Part shown: positions 36,313-46,285 of the stretch, piece after piece
Layout of the letters: every line of letters starts with the position of its first letter
Position numbering within the stretch: position 1 is the first letter of the stretch
Origin: Clostridia bacterium
GTDB lineage: Bacteria; Bacillota; Clostridia; Christensenellales; CAG-917
Direction of reading: 5' to 3'
Length of the DNA stretch: 52,616 bases
Assembly (NCBI GenBank): GCA_900754695.1
Contig: CAAEDU010000054.1
Span: forward strand, 1-52,616
Position numbers and translations under genes: made by a program
The notes under the pieces: model-generated
Seen by the model: the letters and a program-made list of their open reading frames with translations, nothing else
Told to the model about the DNA's origin: nothing
Databases searched by the model: none

Positions 36313-38754
36313 ATGAAAAACCGAGAGCGTGAAAAGCAGCCCCTCACCGCAGGGGACAAGCGTCGGAAAGTTTTGAAAAAAGCCGCGGCAGGCGTCCTCA
36401 TCGCCCTCGCCGTCCTCACCGTGCTCTGCGGCGCGGCGCTGTTCGGCGGTTGGCTGTGGTTCAGAGAAAGCGTTGAAAAGGCGGAGTTCGACCCCGCCCT
36501 GCTCCCCACAGCGATCGCTCTCCCCGTCGTCCTCGACCGTCACGGCAACGAACTTGCGTACGCCGCGGACAATTTCATCGAACCGGGCTCTCTGCCGAGG
36601 CGGGTCACAGACGCTTTCGTCGCGCTCGAAGACAAGCGCTTCTATTCCCACAAAGGTTACGACCCCAAAGGAATGCTGCGCGCCGTCATCAAGAACATCG
36701 GCGCGGGACGCACCGTCGAGGGGGCTTCCACCATCACCCAGCAGCTCGTCAAAAACACGCACCTCAGCGCGGAGCGCACCCTGGAGCGCAAATTGAAGGA
36801 GATCGCCATCGCCGCGAAGATAGAGCAAAACTATTCCAAGGACGAGATCCTCTCCATGTACCTCTCCGTCATCTACTTCGGCTCGGGCGCCTACGGCATA
36901 AAGGAAGCGAGCAGAGTCTATTTCGGATGCGCGCCCGAAGAGCTCACCGTGGCACAAGCGGCGACGCTTGCAGGCATCCTCAAAAATCCCGCGGAGTATT
37001 CCCCGAAAAACCACCCGGAAAACGCCGTCGCGCGGAGGGACCTCGTCCTCGACGTGATGTACCGCGAGGGGTGTCTCACGGCGGCGGAGCGCGACGAAGC
37101 AAAGGCGGAAGAGCTCGTCCTTGCGGAGACCCCGGAGGAGCGCGATCCCGCGGCGCGCTATGTCGCGGAGGCGGTCAGAGAGGCGTGCGGAGCGCTCGGC
37201 ATCACGGAATACGAACTCGGCAACTCCGGTCTCACCGTCCTCACCGCTTACGACCCGTCCGCGCAGTCCGCGCTCGTCCGTGAGACGGAAAACGCCGCTG
37301 TCTACTCCTCTCCCGAAGTGGACGGAGAGGCGGTGCTCATCGACAACGCCACGGGAGAGATCGTCGCCTACCACAACACCACGGGCTACGAAGTGCGCCG
37401 TCAGGCGGGCTCGGCGATGAAACCGCTCGCGGTCTACGCGCCCGCGCTGGACGCGGGAGTCATCACCCTCGCCACTCCCGTGCGCGACGAGCTGACGGAC
37501 TTCGGCGGATGGCAGCCCCAAAACTTCGGCGGGAACCATCTCGGCGACATCACTCCCCGCGAGGCGTTGAAACGCTCCGTCAACACCGTCGCGGTCAAAG
37601 TGCTCTCTTATCTCGGCGCGGGACGAGCCGCGGAGAAGTGCCGCATGCTCGGGTTGCCGCTGACCTCGGAGGACGAAAACCTCGCCCTCGCGCTCGGCTC
37701 CACCCAAAAGGGGGTGAGCCCCGTGGAACTTGCGGGAGCGTATTCCGCCCTCGCGCGGGAAGGCAATTTCATCGAGCCGCATTTCGTGCGCGCCGTGGTG
37801 AAGGACGGGGCGCGCGTCGCGGCGCACCCCAACACCGCAACAAGAGTGTTCTCCCCCGATGCTTCGGCACTCGTCACGGACTGCCTTGTCGACACCGTGC
37901 GAGACGGCACCGCCCGCACGCTCTCCTCTCTCCCCTTCGAGGTCGCGGCAAAGACGGGCACCGTGGAGCGCTCCGACGGCGTCAACACGGACGCTTGGAG
38001 CGTGAGTTACACCACGGAAGCCACCCTCGCGGTCTGGCACGGCGGCACGGACATGACAGAGCTCGGCGGCGGACATCCCACCAGGCACGCCGCGAACATC
38101 TGGAAAACTATCTGCAGCGAGGAAATACCCGCGCCCTTCGCTCTCCCGCGCACCGTCGTAAAAAAGCGGGTGGACGCCTTCTCCACCTTCTCGAGCGGGA
38201 AGACGGTGCTCGCCCTCCCGGACACCCCGGAAAAGTACGTCTTTGAGGAACTCTTCGCCTCCTCCCGCCTGCCCGACGCCGAGGGGTCGCGCTTCCTCTC
38301 CGCCCTTCCCGAGTTCACGCTCGCCGCAGACGGAGGGAGCGCCGTCCTCACCCTCACCTCGGAAGAGCCCTTCCTCTATGCGATATACTGCGCCGACGCT
38401 CTCGGCGAGCGGTGCGTCGCGCTCCTGGACGGCGAAAAGGGCGCGCTCCTCTACGGATACACCGAGGCGGCATCACGGGAAAACCCGACCTCAAACGGCA
38501 TCTTTTTCGGACAAATGCCGCGCTCCGCGCCTGCGAGCACACGCGAAGTCTCCGTCTTGGAGACGGAGAAAGTGCGGGAGACGAGCCGTTTCCCCGCCCT
38601 CTCCGTCACGCTCTCGCACACTCCCTTCTCTTTCGGCGACAAGGTGACCTACACCGTGGAAGTGTTATCGAAAGAGAGCAGGAAACCGCTCGGCAGTGCG
38701 GAAAAGAGCTGTTTCCCGTCCGCATTCCTGCCTTTCCGATCCCGGGCGCAATGA
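36313..38754 (+). CDS. class A penicillin-binding protein (glycosyltransferase plus transpeptidase) with a long C-terminal extension
   Basis: GT51 motifs ALEDKRFYSHKGYD and EGASTITQQLVKN. Transpeptidase motifs SAMKP, SVN and KTGT. Confidence 0.9.
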   Translation: MKNREREKQPLTAGDKRRKVLKKAAAGVLIALAVLTVLCGAALFGGWLWFRESVEKAEFDPALLPTAIALPVVLDRHGNELAYAADNFIEPGSLPRRVTDAFVALEDKRFYSHKGYDPKGMLRAVIKNIGAGRTVEGASTITQQLVKNTHLSAERTLERKLKEIAIAAKIEQNYSKDEILSMYLSVIYFGSGAYGIKEASRVYFGCAPEELTVAQAATLAGILKNPAEYSPKNHPENAVARRDLVLDVMYREGCLTAAERDEAKAEELVLAETPEERDPAARYVAEAVREACGALGITEYELGNSGLTVLTAYDPSAQSALVRETENAAVYSSPEVDGEAVLIDNATGEIVAYHNTTGYEVRRQAGSAMKPLAVYAPALDAGVITLATPVRDELTDFGGWQPQNFGGNHLGDITPREALKRSVNTVAVKVLSYLGAGRAAEKCRMLGLPLTSEDENLALALGSTQKGVSPVELAGAYSALAREGNFIEPHFVRAVVKDGARVAAHPNTATRVFSPDASALVTDCLVDTVRDGTARTLSSLPFEVAAKTGTVERSDGVNTDAWSVSYTTEATLAVWHGGTDMTELGGGHPTRHAANIWKTICSEEIPAPFALPRTVVKKRVDAFSTFSSGKTVLALPDTPEKYVFEELFASSRLPDAEGSRFLSALPEFTLAADGGSAVLTLTSEEPFLYAIYCADALGERCVALLDGEKGALLYGYTEAASRENPTSNGIFFGQMPRSAPASTREVSVLETEKVRETSRFPALSVTLSHTPFSFGDKVTYTVEVLSKESRKPLGSAEKSCFPSAFLPFRSRAQ

Positions 38755-38756
38755 CA

Positions 38757-38782
38757 AGAACGACCGCTCATGCGGTCGTTCT
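38757..38782. terminator. hairpin between the convergent PBP and thiI genes
   Basis: AGAACGACCGC-tcat-GCGGTCGTTCT (11 bp). The U-tracts are weak on both strands. Confidence 0.55.
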
Positions 38783-38829
38783 GTCTCACTTAAAACAATA
38801 TCGGATCAAAGATGTCCGTATGGGCGATA

Positions 38830-40005
38830 TCAAAACTCCTCTACGGCGGCGAGGGCTTGCTCCACGAGCGCGTCGACGTCGAGGGCTGCTTCCGCCTTGC
38901 GCACCGCTTCGAGAGAGGGGTGGATGACGGGAGACTTGGGCAAAAACACCGTGCAGCAGTCCTCATAGGGCTGTATGGATGTCTCGAATGTGTCGATCTT
39001 TTTGGCGACGGCGACGATCTCGTCCTTGTCCATCCCGATGAGGGGGCGGAAGATGGGCAGAGTCGCGGTGTCGCCCGTGCAGGTCATGCTCTCCACCGTC
39101 TGGGAAGCGACCTGCCCAAGGCTCTCGCCCGTGACCAAAGCTCCGCACTCGAACTTCTCCGCGATGCGGCAGGCGATGCGCATCATGAAGCGGCGCATGA
39201 TCGTGATCATGAAATTGGCGGGACACTCCTTGTGGATGGCGAGCTGTATCTCGGTGAAAGGCACCACGAAGAGGCGCATCCTGCCCGTATAGCCCGAGAC
39301 GATGTTTCTCAGTTCCACCACCTTTTCCCTCGCCTTTTCCGAGGTATAAGGCGGCGACGCAAAGTGCACGGCGAAGAGCTTCATCCCGCGTTTTGCCATC
39401 ATATAAGCCGCCACGGGAGAGTCGATGCCGCCGGAAAGGAGCAGCACTCCCCGCCCGGAACAGCCGACGGGCAGCCCGCCCGCCCCTTGGATGACGTCGG
39501 TGTAGACCAGCGCGCACCCGTTCTCGCGGATGTCCACCCTGAAGTCGCAGTCGTATTCGGTGAGGTCCACTCTGAATCTGCCGAGAGAAAGCACCGTGCC
39601 GCCGAGTGCGGCGGCGATCTCGGCAGAAGTCATGGGGATGCGCTTATCCGCGCGCTTCACCGTGACGCGGAAGCGGATCTTGCCCTCTCTTTCCTCCGCG
39701 GCGCGCCCCGCTGCGGCGGCAAGAGAGGCGCGGATCTCCGGGAAATCCTCATCCGCACGCACCGCCACCTTGTCCGCGACGGACAGAGAGTGTATGCCGA
39801 AGACCTTTTTCAGGCGGTCGATGAGCTCCGCCTCGTCCTCTTCCGAGAAGTTTTCCACGAAATATCTGCCCTGGGAGCGCTCAAAGGTGTGCTCCACGCC
39901 GCTCAGCGCCCATTTGATGTTGCGCACGAGCATGGACTCGAAATAATCACGGTTCTTGCCCTTCAAAAAGAGCTCGCCGAAGCGTATCACAATAACTCTT
40001 TCCAT
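38830..40005 (-). CDS. thiI: tRNA 4-thiouridine synthase ThiI (no rhodanese domain)
   Basis: IVIRFGELFLKGKNR and the PP-loop LLLSGGIDSPVAAY. The start is set at MERVIVIRFGE. Confidence 0.9.
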   Translation of the reverse strand: MERVIVIRFGELFLKGKNRDYFESMLVRNIKWALSGVEHTFERSQGRYFVENFSEEDEAELIDRLKKVFGIHSLSVADKVAVRADEDFPEIRASLAAAAGRAAEEREGKIRFRVTVKRADKRIPMTSAEIAAALGGTVLSLGRFRVDLTEYDCDFRVDIRENGCALVYTDVIQGAGGLPVGCSGRGVLLLSGGIDSPVAAYMMAKRGMKLFAVHFASPPYTSEKAREKVVELRNIVSGYTGRMRLFVVPFTEIQLAIHKECPANFMITIMRRFMMRIACRIAEKFECGALVTGESLGQVASQTVESMTCTGDTATLPIFRPLIGMDKDEIVAVAKKIDTFETSIQPYEDCCTVFLPKSPVIHPSLEAVRKAEAALDVDALVEQALAAVEEF

Positions 40006-40082
40006 AATATCTCCGCATTCACGGCGCACTTGCGGCACGCGCCGCGCGACGCACTCCGCATTAAAATGCCGCCCACGCGCAT

Positions 40083-41219
40083 TCATCTGCGCGCAAATTT
40101 TCTCAGTTTCTCAGTCTCTTCCTTCAACGCCTGCACGACTACGGGTACTTCGTCAATGTCGTTCCTTTCCGACACGCTGAACCGCACGATGCCGTCGCGG
40201 TGCTCCTCGTCAAGTCCCAGAAGGGACTTGAACCTGCTCTCGTGGTGGGAGGAACAGGCGGAACCCACTCCCACCATTATGCCGCGCGCGTCGAGGGCGT
40301 GCAGCAGCACCTCGCCTCGCACTCCCGCAAATGCGACCGTGAGGATGTGCGGCGCCGAGCGCTCCCTGTCCGTGATAAACACCGTGTCGGGGGCGGCGTC
40401 GGCGATGCCCTTTGCCAAGTGTTCTATATAATCGCGTTTTTTAGAACAGTTCGCGGAAAGATCGCGCACCGCTGTCTCCGCCGCGACGGCGAACGCCTCG
40501 ATGGCGGGTCCGTTCTCGGTGCCGGAGCGGAAGCCCTTCTCCTGCCCTCCGCCGTAGACGAGAGGACGGACGGGAGCCCCCTTTGCGACATAGAGCGCGC
40601 CTATGCCCTTGGGTGCGCCTATCTTGTGCCCGGAGACGGTGTAAAGATCGACGCCGAGAGCGCGCAGATCCACCTTCACTTTGCCGAAAGCCTGCACTCC
40701 GTCGCTGTGGAAAACCGCCTTGGGAGAGGCTTTTTTGGTCATTCTGACGAGTTTCGCGATGTCGTTCACCGCTCCCGTCTCGTTGCTCACGTGCATGACG
40801 GAGACCAAAGAGACGTCGGGCGTGAGCAGCTCCGCGAATTTCTCCTCGTCCACGCCGCCATCCGGCTTGATGGGCGCGAAGACGACGTCAAAACCCTGTT
40901 CTTTGAGCAACTTTGCGGGGTTGATGACCGCGTCGTGCTCCCCTTCGCCGACGATGACGCGGCTGCCCCTGGGTTTGCGGGTGCAAAGGAGCGCGGTGTT
41001 GTCCGCTTCCGTGCCGCCGGAAAGGAAGTATAACTCCCCGCCCCCGGCGCGGAGCGCAGCGGAAAGGGCTTCCCTCGCCTCTCTTATCCGTCTGCTCTCC
41101 TCGCTCGCCTCTTTATAGAGCGCGGATGCGTTGAACCATCTCTCCTCGTTTGCTTCTTTGAGCACGCGGAGAGACCCTTCCGTCATTTTAGTGGTCGCTG
41201 CGTTGTCCAGATAGATCAT
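40083..41219 (-). CDS. cysteine desulfurase (NifS/IscS/NifZ family)
   Basis: IYLDNAATT, SGHKIGAPKGIGALY (PLP lysine), and the GSACSS active-site Cys. Confidence 0.92.
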   Translation of the reverse strand: MIYLDNAATTKMTEGSLRVLKEANEERWFNASALYKEASEESRRIREAREALSAALRAGGGELYFLSGGTEADNTALLCTRKPRGSRVIVGEGEHDAVINPAKLLKEQGFDVVFAPIKPDGGVDEEKFAELLTPDVSLVSVMHVSNETGAVNDIAKLVRMTKKASPKAVFHSDGVQAFGKVKVDLRALGVDLYTVSGHKIGAPKGIGALYVAKGAPVRPLVYGGGQEKGFRSGTENGPAIEAFAVAAETAVRDLSANCSKKRDYIEHLAKGIADAAPDTVFITDRERSAPHILTVAFAGVRGEVLLHALDARGIMVGVGSACSSHHESRFKSLLGLDEEHRDGIVRFSVSERNDIDEVPVVVQALKEETEKLRKFARR

Positions 41220-41719
41220 TGCGCCTCCGCATTTCGTCCCGCGCCTTTGAGTTTTTCGTTGAGCAGCGTGACGAGATAGACGTCGGGAGCGAACAGCAGA
41301 CGGTGTTCTCTGCCGCCCGCAGAAAAGACGAGGGCTTTGACGTCCTCGGTGTGCGTGCTCTCGGCGGCGATGATGTCGCCCGGCATCACCATGTCATAAA
41401 ACCCTTCAAAGGAGCGGATGTCCGCAAGGGCTATCTCCGCCATCCTTCTGCCCCGCCCGAGGATGTTCGCGCGAGAGATGACGAGCCTGCTGCCGCCGAA
41501 GGCATATTCGTACTCTTTGGGAGAGGAATAGAACTTCTGCATGAGCCACACCCCGAATGCGAACGCGACCGCCGCTGCCGCAAACACCCAATAGTTCACA
41601 TAGATGGCAACGGGAATGAGCCCCAGCCCCATGAGCTCGAGCACTATGCCGAGGATCTGGTCGCGCCTGGCGCCCTTCCTCAGCTCCACATCCACCTTTT
41701 GCACATATCTTTCCGTCAT
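41216..41719 (-). CDS. hypothetical two-TM membrane protein
   Basis: 167 aa ORF with two adjacent hydrophobic helices. It overlaps the neighbouring genes at both ends. I recognise no motif. Confidence 0.55.
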   Translation of the reverse strand: MTERYVQKVDVELRKGARRDQILGIVLELMGLGLIPVAIYVNYWVFAAAAVAFAFGVWLMQKFYSSPKEYEYAFGGSRLVISRANILGRGRRMAEIALADIRSFEGFYDMVMPGDIIAAESTHTEDVKALVFSAGGREHRLLFAPDVYLVTLLNEKLKGAGRNAEAQ

Positions 41720-43764
41720 TTCACTTTATAATAGTCGCCGTTTTTCACTTTGACGGCGAGTTTGCCGAACTGCACTTCCGCCTCTCCGCGCGCGTTTATG
41801 CCTTTGAGCCGCCCGCGCTTTGCGAGAGATCTCACCCACACGTCGTCGCCGACGCGCAAGGGAGTGGGGTCGGGAGCGTCTTCCACCACGCTCTCGGTGT
41901 CGTATTTTGCCGAAAGGTTCTCAAGCTTGCGTTTGAGCGCCCTCGCCTCGAAGACGTCCTTGTCCTCCACGGTCTCCTTGTTGGCGAGCTCCTTCAGCCT
42001 GTCCAGGATCTCGTCCGCCTCTTCGACGGAGTCCTCGATGAGTTTCTTGGTCTCGCGGCGGATGCTCTCGTCCAGCTTTTCCCGCTTTTCGACGATGATG
42101 CGCTTCTCCTGTTCCGCCTCTCGGAGAGCGCTCGCCGCCCTTTCGCGGTCGAGGGAGGCATCCGAGACGAGCTGTTCCGCGCGGCGTCTTGTCTGTTCCG
42201 CCGCGGAAAGCACGCTGTCGAACTGCCTCTTTTCGGCGGATATGCGTCCTCTCGCCCTTTCGACGATGCCGGGGTCCAGCCCGAGTGTGGTCGCAATATC
42301 GAGCGCGTTGGACGTGCCGATGGCGCCCATCACCAGCTTGAAGGTGGGACGGAAAGTCGCGGTGTCGAACTCCATGGACGCCGCCACCACGCCGGGGGTG
42401 GTGAGAGCGTACTCTTTGAGGTCGTTGAAGTGGGAGGTCACCAGAAACTTCGCGCCCGTGGACATCACGTAGTCCGAGATGCTGACCGCGAGCGCCGCGC
42501 CCTCGCCGGGATCCGTACCTGCGCCGAGCTCGTCGAAGAGCACGAGGGAATGCGGGGTGATCTTCCCGAGGATGCCGATGATGTTTTTGATGTGCGCCGA
42601 GAAGGTGGAGAGGCTCTGCTCTATGCTCTGCTCATCGCCGATGTCGCTGTAAACTCCGTCGAAAACTGGCACTTTCGCGCTCTTTGCGGGGAGATAAAGC
42701 CCGGAGAGCGCCATGCACACGAAAAGACCCGTCATCTTGAGGGTGACGGTCTTGCCGCCCGTGTTCGGACCCGTGATGAGCAGCATATGCTCATCCGCGC
42801 GCAGCGCGAGGGTGAGCGGGACGACCTTCTTCGCGTCGATGAGGGGATGTCTGCCCTCTTTGACGGCGAGCTCTCCCGCCTCGTTGAGGTCGGGGCGCAC
42901 CGCCTTCATCTCGTGCGCGAGCTGAGCGCGCGCGAAGATCGCGTCCATCTCCACGATGGAGGCGTAACTGGCTTTGAGCCTGTCCGCATGGGCGCTGATC
43001 ATGGTGGAGAAATTGCGCAGGATGCGCTCGATCTCCGCCTGTTCGTTGAGTTTTTCGGTTTTCAGCTCGTTGTTGAGCTCCACGATCTGCATGGGCTCTA
43101 TGTAGAGGGTCGCGCCGGAGGCGGACTGATCGTGGACAAGCCCGCTTATCGCGCCCTTGAACTCGCTCTTGACGGGGATGACATATCTGTCGCTGCGCAC
43201 GGTGACGATGCTGTCCTGCAAATATTTGTGATAGGTGGGCGAAGTGACGAAAAGCTGCAGCTTGGTCTTGACTCCGTCGCCGAGCTTCCTTATGCGCAGC
43301 CTTATCGCGCGGAGCTCGGGAGTCGCGTTGTCCGCCACTTCGGTGTCCGAGATGAAGGAGTCGAAGATGTCCTTCTCCAGCTTGTCATCCGAAAACAGGG
43401 TGCCGAGCATGGCTTTGAGTCCGGGCACCCCGAGGACGGGCGTGACCGCTTTGACCAGCCTGCGCGCGACGCGGAGCGCTCTGCCCACCCTCAGGATCTC
43501 CGGGATGGAGAGCACAGCTCCCTTTTCGGACTTGACCACCGTCTCCTCGATGTCGTCCACCGCAAAGGACGGCGACACGGAGAACTCAAAAAGCGTCCTG
43601 TCCGCCTCCGCCGTCATGTCGAGGGCGAGAGAAGCCTCCCCCGCCGTAGTTGCGGGGCGCAACGCAAGACAAAGGGCTTTGCCGCCCTCCGACTGTGCGT
43701 GGGCGGCAAGCAGACTCAATATCTTGCCGTATTCGAGCGTATTCAGACTCTTTTCGTCAAACAT
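41716..43764 (-). CDS. mutS2: MutS2 (endonuclease MutS2/RqcU family), Smr domain absent
   Basis: Walker A GPNTGGKT, Walker B LVLFDELGAGTDP, and a coiled-coil region. The protein ends just after the KOW-like VGDDVWVRSLAKRGRL...KVKNGDYYKVK. Confidence 0.88.
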   Translation of the reverse strand: MFDEKSLNTLEYGKILSLLAAHAQSEGGKALCLALRPATTAGEASLALDMTAEADRTLFEFSVSPSFAVDDIEETVVKSEKGAVLSIPEILRVGRALRVARRLVKAVTPVLGVPGLKAMLGTLFSDDKLEKDIFDSFISDTEVADNATPELRAIRLRIRKLGDGVKTKLQLFVTSPTYHKYLQDSIVTVRSDRYVIPVKSEFKGAISGLVHDQSASGATLYIEPMQIVELNNELKTEKLNEQAEIERILRNFSTMISAHADRLKASYASIVEMDAIFARAQLAHEMKAVRPDLNEAGELAVKEGRHPLIDAKKVVPLTLALRADEHMLLITGPNTGGKTVTLKMTGLFVCMALSGLYLPAKSAKVPVFDGVYSDIGDEQSIEQSLSTFSAHIKNIIGILGKITPHSLVLFDELGAGTDPGEGAALAVSISDYVMSTGAKFLVTSHFNDLKEYALTTPGVVAASMEFDTATFRPTFKLVMGAIGTSNALDIATTLGLDPGIVERARGRISAEKRQFDSVLSAAEQTRRRAEQLVSDASLDRERAASALREAEQEKRIIVEKREKLDESIRRETKKLIEDSVEEADEILDRLKELANKETVEDKDVFEARALKRKLENLSAKYDTESVVEDAPDPTPLRVGDDVWVRSLAKRGRLKGINARGEAEVQFGKLAVKVKNGDYYKVK

Positions 43765-43891
43765 GCCAACTTTTCGTTGCGTCTCGTTCCGAGGTTTCGC
43801 TTGTCATCCGCGCGCGTTCGCGCACCTTCCCGCGCGGGCGCAAGGCGTTATCGCGGTCACGTGTGGCAACAGCAGGATGCCGTGCTCTCCC

Positions 43892-46285
43892 TCAGGCGCG
43901 GATCTTTGCGTCGAACGCCTTTTCGAGAGCGGCGAGGATGAGCGCCATCTCGGCGGCTATCTCCTCATCCGTCAGAGTGCGTTCCACGGAAGAGAAGGTG
44001 AAGTTCATCGCGACGCTCTTCAGCCCTTCGCCGATCTGCGCACCGCGGTAGACGTCGAAGACTTCTGCGTCGGCGAGATGCGCCGCGCCCGCCTTCCTGA
44101 CCGCTTTCACCATATCCCCGGCTGCGACTCCGTCCGCCACCACGACGGCGAGGTCGCGCTCCACGGAAGGATAGCGCGAAAACTCCTTGAACCCGACCAC
44201 GCCCGCGCACTCGGGGGCGAGAGCGTCGAGGTCGAGCTCCGCCGCGTAAAGCCTGACGTCCGCGCCGTATTCTTCCGCAACATCCGGATGGATCTCGCCG
44301 AGATAGCCGATCATTTTGCCGTTCACGGTGATGTCCGCGCCTCTTCCCGGATGCAGGAACGGGAGCGCGGAGCGGCTGTACTCGGGAGCCGCGTGGAGCG
44401 CCTCAAAGAGCGCGTCGACGACGCCTTTCAGAGTGAAATAGTCCGCGCCGCCGCCATACATGCCGATGACGAGTTTTTCTCTCTCTTCGGGGAGTTCCGT
44501 GAGAGGCAGGGACTTGGGATGATAGGTCTTTGCGATCTCGAAAAGAGCCGCGCTCTTGTTGAAGTGCGCCGCGTTGTAGGCGAGCACTTCAAGCATGCTG
44601 TGCGTGAGCACCGTGCGCATGACGCTGAGCGCCTCTCCGAGAGGATTGACCAGCTCCACCCACCGTCTCAGAGCGCTGTCCGCAGGGATGCGCAGCTTGT
44701 CCGCAAACGAGGGCGAAGTGAAGGAATAGGTGATGCACTCGTTGAGACCGAGGGCGGCGAGCTCCTGCTTTGCGCGGTTGCGGAAAGCGATGTCCGCGGG
44801 CACTCCGCCCTGCGTCAGCCCGGAATGCGCGAACAGCGTGGGCTTGACGTGGGAGTAGCCGTACACTCTGACGAACTCCTCCGCAAGGTCGTTGACGCCG
44901 TCGATGTCCGAGCGCGCGTCCGGGACGTGCGCGACAAGCTCCCCGCCCTTCTTTTTGTCCACGGGGATACCGAGGCGGGAGAGGATGGCGACAAGCTCCT
45001 TTTCGGGCACTTCGCAGCCGAGGATGCGCTCGATCTTCTCCACCGTGAAGGGGATGTCTCTGACCTTTTCGTAGTCGACCTTGACATCTATGACGCCCTT
45101 GCCGATGACGCCGCTGCCCGTCTGATAGACGAGGGTGAGCGCGCGTTCGAGACCGTACTCCTGAGATGCGAAATCTATGCCTTTCTCAAAGCGCGCGGAG
45201 CTGTCCGAACGCAGGTTGAGGGCGCGGGAAGTCCGTCTCACGCTGTCGCGCGCGAACTTGGCGGACTCGAATATGATGGTGGAAGTGTCCGGCTGTATGC
45301 CGCTGTACTCCCCTCCCATGATGCCGGCGACCGCGACGGGCTTTTCCGCGTCGCAGATGGCGAGCATTGAGGAAGTCATCGTGTTGTCCTTGCCGTCGAG
45401 GGTGACGATGTGCTCCCCCTCCGCGGCGTTGCGCACCACGATCTTGCCGCCCGCAAGATATCTCAGATCGAAGGCGTGCATGGGCTGCCCTATCTCGATG
45501 AGGACGTAGTTGGTGATGTCCACGATGTTGTTGATGGGACGGATGCCCACCGCCCTCAGGCGCATGCGCATCTTTGCGGGGGACGGGAAGATCTTCACGT
45601 CTCTCACGCAAGCCGCCATATACCTCGGGCAAAGCTCGCGGTTCTTCACCTCGACGCTCACCGCCTCGCCGACATCCGCGCCCGTCGCTTCATAGCCGAT
45701 CTCCGGCTCGCGGCACTCCTTGCCGAGCGCGACGGCGACTTCCTTTGCGAGTTTATAGATGCTGTTGCAGTCGGGGCGGTTGGCGGTGACTGAGACATCC
45801 AGCACCACATCGTCGAGTCCGAGCGCGACCGCAGCGTCCACACCCAAGGGCGTCCCCTCCGGGAAGCGCAGGATGTCGCCCTCTTTCTGTCCTTCGATGT
45901 CGGCGGCGGAGAAACCTATCTCCTCCGCTCCGCAGAGCATCCCTTCCGAGGTCACGCCGCGGAGAGCGCCCTTTTTGATCTCGTGTCCGTCGGCGAGTTT
46001 GGCTCCGTCAAGAGCCACCGCGGTCAGTTCGCCGCCCTCGACGGGGACGTTGGTGACCACCTGTATGGTGCTGCCGCCGATGTCGACCTCAGCCACGCGC
46101 AGCCTGTCCGCCGCGGGGTGCTTCGTGACGGAGACTATCCTGCACGTCTTGACGAGGGTCGCCTTCTTCGCCTGATATTCAATGCCCTCCACTTCGAAGC
46201 CTATCGCCACGAGACGGGCGGCGAGCTCCTCGGGAGTGACGTCGATGTCCACATAATCTTTGAGCCAGGAAATCGGTGCAAGCAT
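43892..46285 (-). CDS. pheT: phenylalanine--tRNA ligase beta subunit
   Basis: MLAPISWLKDYVDIDV start. 797 aa. Directly follows pheS with a TAATG overlap. Confidence 0.96.
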   Translation of the reverse strand: MLAPISWLKDYVDIDVTPEELAARLVAIGFEVEGIEYQAKKATLVKTCRIVSVTKHPAADRLRVAEVDIGGSTIQVVTNVPVEGGELTAVALDGAKLADGHEIKKGALRGVTSEGMLCGAEEIGFSAADIEGQKEGDILRFPEGTPLGVDAAVALGLDDVVLDVSVTANRPDCNSIYKLAKEVAVALGKECREPEIGYEATGADVGEAVSVEVKNRELCPRYMAACVRDVKIFPSPAKMRMRLRAVGIRPINNIVDITNYVLIEIGQPMHAFDLRYLAGGKIVVRNAAEGEHIVTLDGKDNTMTSSMLAICDAEKPVAVAGIMGGEYSGIQPDTSTIIFESAKFARDSVRRTSRALNLRSDSSARFEKGIDFASQEYGLERALTLVYQTGSGVIGKGVIDVKVDYEKVRDIPFTVEKIERILGCEVPEKELVAILSRLGIPVDKKKGGELVAHVPDARSDIDGVNDLAEEFVRVYGYSHVKPTLFAHSGLTQGGVPADIAFRNRAKQELAALGLNECITYSFTSPSFADKLRIPADSALRRWVELVNPLGEALSVMRTVLTHSMLEVLAYNAAHFNKSAALFEIAKTYHPKSLPLTELPEEREKLVIGMYGGGADYFTLKGVVDALFEALHAAPEYSRSALPFLHPGRGADITVNGKMIGYLGEIHPDVAEEYGADVRLYAAELDLDALAPECAGVVGFKEFSRYPSVERDLAVVVADGVAAGDMVKAVRKAGAAHLADAEVFDVYRGAQIGEGLKSVAMNFTFSSVERTLTDEEIAAEMALILAALEKAFDAKIRA

